From positions 392,625 through 456,624 of the forward strand of contig NW_014577077.1 in the NCBI RefSeq assembly GCF_000485595.1: DNA of 64,000 nucleotides, in the 5' to 3' direction. This DNA is from Priapulus caudatus. Lineage: Eukaryota. This document shows, in pieces, positions 54,348 through 64,000 of this stretch. Numbering within the stretch: position 1 is the stretch's first letter; each line of letters opens with the position of its first letter. The position numbers were made by a program, and so were the translations under genes. The notes beneath the pieces were generated by a model. That model did not search any database. It saw only the letters and a program-made list of their open reading frames with translations, and had not been told where the DNA came from.

Positions 54348-55236
54348 CCCCCTTCTTATAAATGTATTTTTTTATCACAGTCTGAACAAATCAAGTCATT
54401 CGCGTATCGTCGAAAACTTACCAGGTGGCATTCTAGCTCTGGAGTCGTAGGTTAAACTTTGGTCGCTGGAATTAACTCTGGAATAATTTTGTGCTTAACT
54501 GGCATATTTTTGAAAGTATTCATAAGCCCGTTAGTGAAACATTAATAGCCCCACATTGAACAGCACGCAATGAGTATTCGCATTCAAACTGGCTCAGCAG
54601 TTTCACGGCTTCTCAGCATTGCGAAGCTGATCAATACGAGTTTCTTCCTTTCAGCTACATGCGAAATACTTGGAAATTTAATACTCTGACGATCTTAATA
54701 AGGATTTAACGAGGTAGCGGCTCGAATTCAGGTGTCTATTTTCTCACATCTGGCGTCACACGGTGGTGGTGGGGGGAGCCTGCGTTAACGTGTTTTAAAA
54801 TATTTTAATTAAAATTGACAAGTAGTGTGTAGAGTTTTATTCACTTACGTAGGTGACATATTTAAAATAATTTTTATCGATATGGGAGCTTATTATCAAA
54901 TTCTAATTTGGTTCTGTGTGCGTAAAGATAGGGGTTTATTCTGAACTCATATACGGTTTATGTATTTGTGTATTCTACTTGTCGCGGTTACATAACGTTA
55001 TATAGCTTGAATCCTTCCAAAACTATGGCAATATCAATGTTTTACCTTTCCATTAACATGCCTCTTGATTGTGTATTGTTAGTAGTTAGCATATTTATGT
55101 TTCTAGTCATAATACATGATATCTTACAGACATGCACGCAATCTTTCTTATATATTTGTGTGCTAGAGTGGCTATTGGGTGTTCGTTTAATTATGATACA
55201 ATACTATCCATCTTTTGTATATGAATGAAAAGTACA

Positions 55237-55295
55237 TGTAAATAAATTATTATTGATCTGTGTATTTACGTTTTGTGTAAATACATGTAAATAAA
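55237..55295 (+). promoter_or_regulatory. Candidate polyadenylation region of the channel mRNA (two AATAAA overlapping TGTAAATA motifs)
   Basis: AATAAA at 55241 and 55290, ending a U/A-rich stretch; TGTAAATA at 55237, 55276 and 55286. Confidence 0.35.
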
Positions 55296-57821
55296 TGTTA
55301 ACAATTGCTGATGTAGCGTATTGTTACTGCACATGCCACAGCGCTGGCGATCGTGTAAGTAGAGCTGGCCTACTTCGGAAGCCATGCGAATGTAAACGGT
55401 AGTCCTAGTACACAACTGCTTGCGCTCGTCCCCGTGTACAATGCGTGCTTCGATTCTGAATTGTTGCTAACGTCAAACAGCTGTTGGTGCGTTGCTGGGT
55501 TCCCACGTGGACTTGGCAAGCGTATAATAGCGGACACGATGGGAGTGTTGTAGCGCCGTGGCCTCGCGTGTCGCGGGTGTCTAACAAAAGCCCCTTATCC
55601 TAAAGGCGTAACTGTTGTCAATTACCATAGTCCCAATTTCGAGGAAAGATAGGTGTTTGCACTCCATACCACTTTCCGAGAATGAACTTTATTCTAAATG
55701 ACAGTAGTCGGCTATTTCATCGATAAATAAATAATTAAATAAGTAAATAAATAAATATCTATATATCTATATATATATAAATGTAGTCTTTTACCTAGTT
55801 TAGGTTAGTTCACATATTAAAAAAAAACAATGCCGCGTGACTTTTGGCACAGAGCGCGTTTGGCTTATAGTGCTGACGTCAATGTTCATCAGCGTGGGCA
55901 ATAGATTATGAAAGCTAACTATCTGGCGATTAATAATAACTTGTAATAATCTAATTTGAATGTCTGCTGAAGTTTGCCACATAGCGTTGCTAGATAAATG
56001 TCAGAACAGTAATTTAGATTATTTCATTACGAATGATATCTTTCTATGGTATTTTTTGCGATAGGGTAAGATAAGGTTCTCTTACGTCCCTATATAAATC
56101 GAACTTTAAATAATTTTTATTTGCCAATAATGGTTTTTCATTTTCTTTTTTGCTCTGTGATCAAATCACAGGCACTTGTTGCTTAGGCTGTGTAGCTTCT
56201 TTGTGGCAAGCCTTATATTAGGAAAAGCAACAGAGCGGAAGAGTTATATTGATTTTCGATCAATAAATGGTGCGAGCTCTGATGTTAATATGGTGGAAAT
56301 AGTGTATATCCCGTTTCTCATTAAGTATCGTGTAAAATTTCTTAAATTGAAATATACGATTTTTTACGGAAATAAAACTTTAAAGTAAAACAACCTGTGT
56401 TGTGGTTTATAATTAAGCATTGATTTTGTTCATGTTTTATCCCGAACTTAGATAGCGTATCAGTCTTGAAATTCCTGTGTGCGATTGCCTTCGTGTGTTA
56501 ATTCGATTACCGCAATTCACTATTGTTGACATCGCTTAGTACACATCGGAGAATAATGCCAAGTAAATAACTGCTCGAAGAACTTTCATAATATTTTTCA
56601 TTGCTTAGTCAGATACATAGTTTGCTATTTTGCTGCAGCTAACACTGAGGTAATAATTATGTAGAAAATGATAGATCTTTTCACATCTACATTTAACAAA
56701 CATTCGCGGCTTGTCTTGTGTAGTTGTGCTACTTAGTGGGCGACCCTCTTTGAAAATAGTAGCAGTATTGTAAAGAAAATAAAATCTTTTTTTGAAATTT
56801 CGATGGAAATTATTATGGAATTCCTCTTTCAGGTTTCTGACGACGTAGTGTAAACTAAAAATATCAAAGTATAGCCTGGGAATGTGCTGCGGAAATATGC
56901 GTACGTATGCGCGCATTCAACGTACACACGTGTAAAAATGAGTATTGCATAATTCTAAAAAAATCATGAAGTTGCATGCAAAGATCAGTAATTTAGAAAC
57001 ACCGAATAACTAGTAAGAGCTCCAGTGGGCAGTGTCCGACGTGCACCAAACATGACTCATTGTGTAACACCGTTTATGCACACAACGCAAACTATTCTGC
57101 ATCATATATGTCTTCGGCGATCTCTTAAATTGGCTATGTCACGAATTAGTCGTCAAACTCCATAAGAGTAGACAAATTGGGTCTTGCCTATTAGCAGACT
57201 TTTAACTGATTACTCTGGCACAACAATCATTACAAAATTGTGTCGTTGTTGGCTATAAAACAGCATATGAACAGTAATCGTGCTCCCGCCATCTTCAGAT
57301 TCGCGATAATGAGGGATGTTCAAACGGTCCCACAGAACGAGTGCACATACGTGATGCAGATTTTTATAGACTGGTACCTATTCAGATAGGAGTCCGGTTT
57401 CGCGAGAGTAAAAATCACGCGCTAAGTTTGTTGACATATGTAAGCTATGTCATTTGAAATGTAGATCGGTGCGCATATTGGTGGAAAGAATGCTGTGCGA
57501 GTGTTCTATGACATGTTAGTCTTACTATATGCATTTGGTGTTATGCAAGGAGTACCGGAAAGTATCAGAACGGTTGAGAAAATATAAAAACGGTTGATAA
57601 AAACACGGAAATCCTCGCTTTAAGAAAATCATTCTATTAACAATGGTAAATTATAAAAGCATTGCTGTATTTTCTCCGACGGGAAATGTAATATTTCAAG
57701 AACCTAACTCGGGGTTTCCGTTGTTTCCCAGTAGGCCGTATCTCACTCTTGTTCCTTTATGATGGTCTTTGAGCTAGATTGACTGATCGGCTTCGCTTGC
57801 CACTGCCCGGTTTGATATCAT

Positions 57822-57879
57822 CAAGAGTGGATAATAGAGATAAAAGAGTGGATAATAGAGTCTCTATTATCCACTCTTG
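57822..57879. mobile_element. 58-bp hairpin with perfect 7-bp TSD and duplicated arm as filler, putative P-type footprint
   Basis: ATATCAT|CAAGAGTGGATAATAGAGA-TAAAAGAGTGGATAATAGAG-TCTCTATTATCCACTCTTG|ATATCAT. Confidence 0.78.
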
Positions 57880-58349
57880 ATATCATCGATATCATCGATG
57901 CACATTCATCGAATCAGATATCAGATATCATCAGATATCATCGAAGCACTTCTGATTTGCTGCTAGCCCAACTATATCCAGAATAATGTCTTTTAACATA
58001 GTCATAGACCGTCCTTCTTATCTCTAATCGCCAGATTATTTAAATTTCCCATGCCCTTGACGCGATGCTGCTGACTGAGTTGTTGACAGGTTTCCTGCAC
58101 TGTTATTGGGTGGAGTTTAGAGGTCTGCCAAGCCATTCGACGCTCGTACGCTGGTTGCGTCTTCTACGCCAGAACCCTCCCGTGCTTCATTGAACTCATT
58201 TCTTCACTGTAGCCATTATTCAGTGATGGCATGCCTTGGAAGACACAGCTTTTCCGTTCCTCTTCCATTCCTAAGGGATTGTTCACCTACTCTAAAAACA
58301 TCTGACTGTTTAATTTCCTGGCTGCTGCTTCCACGGGTCATAGCTTATC

Positions 58350-58506
58350 CAGGACCGTAGCTATAGCGGTGGAGGGGGCAGGACGCAGTTGCCCCCCCCT
58401 AGAGAAACGTAGATACATTACATGATCAATGACGGTGACCTTCCCAGAACACAAAACGCACGTGGCTTTGCCCCCCCCCCAAGCAAAAGGGTTAGATACG
58501 CTCTTG
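58350..58506. mobile_element. Short degenerate MITE
   Basis: CAGGACCGTAGCTA ... TAGATACGCTCTTG imperfect TIRs with internal TTGCCCCCCC motifs; no TSD. Confidence 0.35.
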
Positions 58507-61500
58507 CTATCTGTAGGTTCCTTGTTGTCTTCCCCTGACCGGGTTTGTAGCTTGTGCCTCCGATCCCTGCCAATATTGTTTTTCATTTCACCACCGCCCT
58601 TGTACCTTTTACTGATATCTCTGTTTGTCAACTGTCAAGATTTCTGTGCAGAGATGCAGTTTCTAATTGCCCATTTTCTCGTACGTCTATGGCCGAAGGA
58701 GTTCAATGACATCTCTCTGTTTTTTTTATCCGGAGATACGACTGCCCTGCCTACCGTGGTTGTTGAGAGGTAGCGGATTTTCCGTGCTTGGATCTTCTTC
58801 TTTCGAGGCTAGTGAAGCTTTCGCTATTATCTCATATCTGCTTGCGTGTGATGCCAAAATAACGCAAATTATGGTCGGAAAAAAACGCAATTGCCATTCA
58901 TCAGAATCTTCGCTTTCACTGTGACGTCCTTTCAAGTGGCTTGGCTAGACTGAATCACGGCAGCGGTCGCAGGAAATATTCTGGCCGTCTTGCTCTTTTT
59001 TCTCTTGTATCTTTTTATTCGGTTTTCGGTCTGTAGTCTCATCAGAATGGCTTACCATAATATTCATCATGCTCTAGCTAGCACCTAATGCTCCTGGGGG
59101 TGCACAGATACCACAATGTCCGGTATTGTCTCAGACGAGTGTGATCTATGTGCAGTTGCTAGGTTTCTTTCCGAAATGAGGGTGTCCAATCTCAAAATTC
59201 AACTTTTGGGAATTGCATAGACAAACCTACACGCCTGAACTCGCGTGTTGCAACAGTTTTCTGGACATCGACGTATACTCCTCCATCATACGTTTCTCGC
59301 TCCTCCATAAATTATATATTTTATAAATAAAATATATCTCATCGTTTCTCGGGAAATTTTAAAGTTATATGACCTCTCGCTCGATTAGTTATTTATTTCC
59401 CTGATCCAAGTTGAGCCGACTTAAAATTGGGGCCCATAATTTGCTTCATAACTGGCCAATATGGCAATAACTAGTTCCATAATTAAGCTGCATGTGACTT
59501 GATTCTTTACGTTCCTTACGCTCGTACCCAAAATCCAATTGTGTAGTTCATATGTGTTCGTTTGATGATGACCCGCCATCTTGCTGATAGAGTCCTATGT
59601 CTTCATAAACCTCATATGCCCTTTTCCATTTCATTTATGCTCGTTTCTGCTTGCCCCATGGCGATAGCTTAATCTTACTCACTGTCTCTGACGCTATTTT
59701 CTCACCGAGGAGACTGGTTGGTACTAAGAGATCCTTGTGCAGACCGGTGTTCTTGGAAGTGGCAGAAATTATATTACAATTTTTGTCTTGTCATTTATCT
59801 CTATCTGGCCTTGTTTGGACAAAAAGAGAATGGACAGTCACATGCCGTATTTTTCACCGTTGAATCATCCAATCTTTGCGTCAAGCTACCCGTGGTTGTG
59901 GCACCTCTGTCCTGTCATAACTAACGAAGGATCGTAGTAGCAGGCACTAGGTGTGGCATGCGACACTCTGGGATTTATTGTCAATCTCGCCGACAGATAT
60001 CGCTGAGACTGCTCAGTTCATGTGCCTTGACTGAGTTCGTAGAGCTTTGTTTTGCTTTTTTTTTAAAGAATGTTTCGAATTCCGCACGTTGATCTTACAA
60101 TTTGTATCTTTAGATAATCTTTCAACAAGTCAGGTGCGATGGGACCTGTGCAGCGAGTATAAACGGACAGACATCGATGTGTGTGGTAAAAACATCCGGT
60201 AGAAGAAGGCACACTTTATTCTGGAACTGGAATAATTTATACGTCCGCCATAATCAAGACGTGCATTACTAGTACTCAGTAATACAAGGCACGGGTTGTC
60301 TCCAGAAGACTGTGGTGTTAGTTTGAGTGTGTAATTTCGAAGAAGCCAATAGTGATCATACAAAAGTAAATCGACGGGACAGCCAGTGGACAAAAACCTA
60401 CGGTTGGGAAATACCAAATAAATACTGATGAGTACTATCAGAACTGAGCAAGTGCTGAATGTGAGAAACAGTATATATCATATTCCAGAATGACGCTGAT
60501 TTTTTGTCTTATGTCTATGCTATCTGTATAGGACGCAAATCATGATGCTAGTAATGAACGAAACGGGCCAGTGCGTATAATATAGTTACCCGTGCGCAGA
60601 GGGGAATATCAAGTGTGATATTTCCTATAGCGAATCTCTTAGTAAATTATTAGGGTAACAACCGCAAATCTCACGAACATTATCTACGATAATACTTGCT
60701 CGGACAAGACACGCAATTACAGCCTCAAACCATGTTCTCAGAATACACACGAGTTTATTAGCTGGTACCCCTATTCGTTGTAATACATTCAGGTGGCTTG
60801 GCATATACGTGTGTGCGGCTGTACTGACTCCGTAGAACGCAAAATCGTGCATGCGTGCTAGGTAACTTGATGATCACACTGGCAGGGATTCCCAGTGGCC
60901 GCGAGCGAATGCTGTAGCTTGACGTCTTCTTGTCTAGCTGAAGGAAAAACAGCCAATCTGGCGCCATTACGACATGAAGGCATTCATCGTTGGGTAAAAA
61001 CAGTAGCTGATAATTAGACGAACGCGCTCATCAATCTTTAGACTCCTTTCAACCTTGACATAGCTGCCGTCAAACATATACATACGTATTACACGCACGC
61101 ATGCACGCACGGACGCACATACACGCAATAACGCACGCAGGCACCAGGCAAGCACGCACGCACGCATATATGCATGCGTGTACGTACATCGAATTTCCGC
61201 ACATCTTTTAATCTTAGTTGACTGTGTCTGCTGCATCGACCGAACCAACGAAAATCGAGAAACGATCCTAATTCAGTTACGTACATCAACAAACCTTGAT
61301 ATCTGATGCTGCGCGGCGCCCATCTCTTGGAAAGGAGGCTGGGGCAGGAAACCCGCTAGTGCTCGCCAGCTAGAAGCGAAACGACTCCATGCTGCAAAAA
61401 ATATGCTCATTTATGTAATGCTTTCTTACATGACATCCTCGTCGATGCTTCGGATGCTGTCGAAGCCATCTACGTTACCACGAAGCTAGGTTGTTGAACC

Positions 61501-63447
61501 ATTTGGTCTGGGCTGCGACGCCACCATGACGTTTTTTTTCTTAACAGTTATTGCATTCGCATATTAATGGCACCGATGGCCACGGCAGTCTAAAACAACA
61601 TTATATCATCTGGTCGACTGCTGGAGTCAGCGATCGCGGGGATGGTAGCATATTTAAGCAAAGTCGCTCGATTTTAATTTAACCGCGTGAAAACAGGATC
61701 ACTCGTTAGGAATTGCAAAGTATCACTTTTAGAATTGTACATTAATCACAAAAGTGCACAAAATGACAATAATATAAACTATTCGTTTATAGCAAATGGC
61801 GTTTTTATGAAGCCATCACCTTTTGCAAATGTATCTATTTGTGTTGATCGTTTTTCTATATTTATATTGGATAACCAAAAAATACGGCAACTGACTATTT
61901 GTCCTTCGTATAGAAGCGAATTAGGCCTACTGGCATTCTCGTGGCAGTAAGCGAGCTAAAGGGCATCCGTGTTTAATCGCGCATTTATATAGAATGATAG
62001 CACGGGGAGCTACTCGCAATATCGTCGATGATTCTGCTGCAGCAGTGACAGGTTAAACGCCCCTACGGCGCGTCTAGCGGATACAGTCGTATGATCTGTC
62101 ACCGTAATTAGCACAGCCGACGGGTTATTCGTAGCTACGCAGCTCCGGAATGTGATGGAAAATGGCGTACGCCTGACAGTCGCTAACACTCTGATGTCTA
62201 CTAGTCTCATCGAATATTTAATAAACAAGGCGCTTTTAAAGTGTATGCGTATAAAGCCAGCAGAAGCCGCAGTGGACAGACAATGTGTACAGTACGTGCA
62301 GCGCAGTCGAGAGCAGGAGCTACGTTGTTGAGCCGTCTCTCTAGCCAAGCATTCGTTGATGAACACTTAAATTACATTTGGTAAAACTAGCTGTAGCCAC
62401 CATTCCTCAAGCATCGCCTGTGACTTGGGTAGCATCTGCTCCAGACAAGAAATAGATTACATGATCGTGGGAAGCGCCGGAGAGACAGACATGCTTCCAA
62501 ATTATCTCTCCCCTCAAAATGCTATTTAAACGAACAGATTGCCGTTGTCATGGCAACGCGAGACTTTTTGTCTTACCATAATATTTAACGTGAAAAGGGC
62601 AACTTCACATTTATCTAGATTAGATACCGTTCCGGAGTCCTTGCTATCTAATCAGGTTACATGGCATTATGGTCGTATACCCCTCCAGCATTTTTATGTC
62701 TTTGTTTTATATCAGCTAAAAAGACTTACAGCAACCGCAGTGACGTATGAATCGCGAAGAATCATAAAGCTTATATCGAAGCTCCTACAGCGCTCCCTCA
62801 TCATCTTCACACACCGTAAATTCTTTTGCACGCCGCCTTATGAGAGTATAAAATTTGGTTAAGATCGGAAAAATCTGCTTTACAAATAAATTACGAAACG
62901 TTGCGTATACAGCATATAGAACGTATTAGCTAATGACATCATAAGCGCGGTTTAATTTTACTTCCTGACAAATGTATTCTAGGCTAAAGATGAAGTACTG
63001 CAGGGAAATGTTCCTCCCCAATATTCTTGCAAGTTTTTTTCGGGTGTACTTTGAATCTTCTATGGGGACCGCAACTGTGAAGCGACTTGCATCTGCGAGA
63101 ATTTCTAAATCTACGTGGCACTACAACAAATGACAACTGCAGCCGTGCAGCGTGGCTGGATCATCATCACCATCGTCGCAGCAGCAGAAGTGCTAAGTAG
63201 TAATTAAGAGATGTAACTGTACTAAGTACTGAGTAGTAAAGAGGAAACAACTGCATGCAGCAGCTGTAGCAGTGGCATTAATGGCAGCAACCGCAACGGT
63301 CTCGTTATCAGTAGCAGTGTCACGAAAAAACTATACCTGTATACTACAGGTATACAGCGTAACTACACCGCGTATATTTGTGGGAAAATCTTATCAGTAC
63401 ACTCGAATCATATTCTCCACGGCAGTTGCAGCAACTGTAGACGAAGG

Positions 63448-64000
63448 AGCAGCAGCAGCAGCAGCAGCAGTTACAATACTATTAGCAACAATAGCAGTAG
63501 TAGTAGTAGTAGCAGTAGCAGTAAAGAGTAGCAGTAGCAGCAGTAGCAGTAGCAGCCCGAGTAGCAGTAGCAGCAGTAGCAGTAGAGTAGAAGTAGAGTA
63601 GCAGTAGAGTAGCAGTAGCAGCAGTAGCAGTAGCAGCAGTAGCAGTAGAGTAGCAGTAGCAGCAGTAGCAGTAGAGTAGCAGAAGCAGCAGTAGCAGTAG
63701 AGTAGCAGTAGTAGCAGTAGCAGTAGAGTAGCAGTATCAGCAGTAGCAGTAGAGTAGCAGTAGCAGCAGTAGCAGTAGAGTAGCAGTAGCAGCAGTAGCA
63801 GTAGAGTAACAGTAGCAGCAGTAGCAGTAGAGTAACAGTAGCAGCAGTAGCAGTAGAGTAACAGTAGCAGCAGTAGCAGTAGAGTAGCAGTAGAGTAGAA
63901 GTAGAGTAGAAGTAGAGTAGCAGTAGAGTAGCAGTAGCAGTAGAGTAGAAGTAGAGTAGCAGTAGAGTAGCAGTAGCAGTAGAGTAGAAGTAGAGTAGCA
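63448..64000. repeat. (AGC/AGT/AGAGT)n low-complexity tandem array running off the window
   Basis: Direct reading. Confidence 0.92.

Noticed and set aside
59012..59060. Minus-strand CTGATGAGACTACAGACCGAAAACCG-AATAAA, resembling a Penelope-type minimal hammerhead
   Set aside because: Stem II does not pair and no proper NUH/stem III is present; at best a dead relic.
57950..59300. Coding-looking minus-strand region, considered as a THAP/P transposase remnant
   Set aside because: Frequent stops and no convincing motif by eye; it would need a translated search.

Overview
Repeat-rich animal (invertebrate, probably protostome) genomic DNA from a draft assembly with N gaps and noisy, indel-rich patches. 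It holds one supportable protein-coding gene: a TASK-subfamily two-pore-domain K+ channel (Task6/sup-9, KCNK3/KCNK9-like) on the + strand. Exon 1 CDS is 7661-7943 and exon 2 CDS is 51053-51885 (371 aa), split by a 43.1-kb phase-1 GT-AG intron inside the first GYG filter codon. Nearly all other ORFs in the track are microsatellite or minisatellite read-throughs. The intron and flanks carry a decayed Academ transposase, Helentron-type HINEs, Harbinger/TcMar/hAT/Mutator-like MITEs, satellites and probable assembly duplications. The most striking pattern is a set of at least eight tiny (34-68 bp) hairpins with CA(A/G)GAG...CTC(T/C)TG ends, most flanked by 7-bp target duplications. One is a perfect 17+17 bp palindrome, and several have templated filler. 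They resemble P-element-type excision scars. They sit alongside a 4.3-kb CATAG...CTATG element with an 8-bp GTCTCTAC duplication and a 714-bp CAAGAG-ended foldback MITE. Family assignments come from recalled motifs, not database searches.
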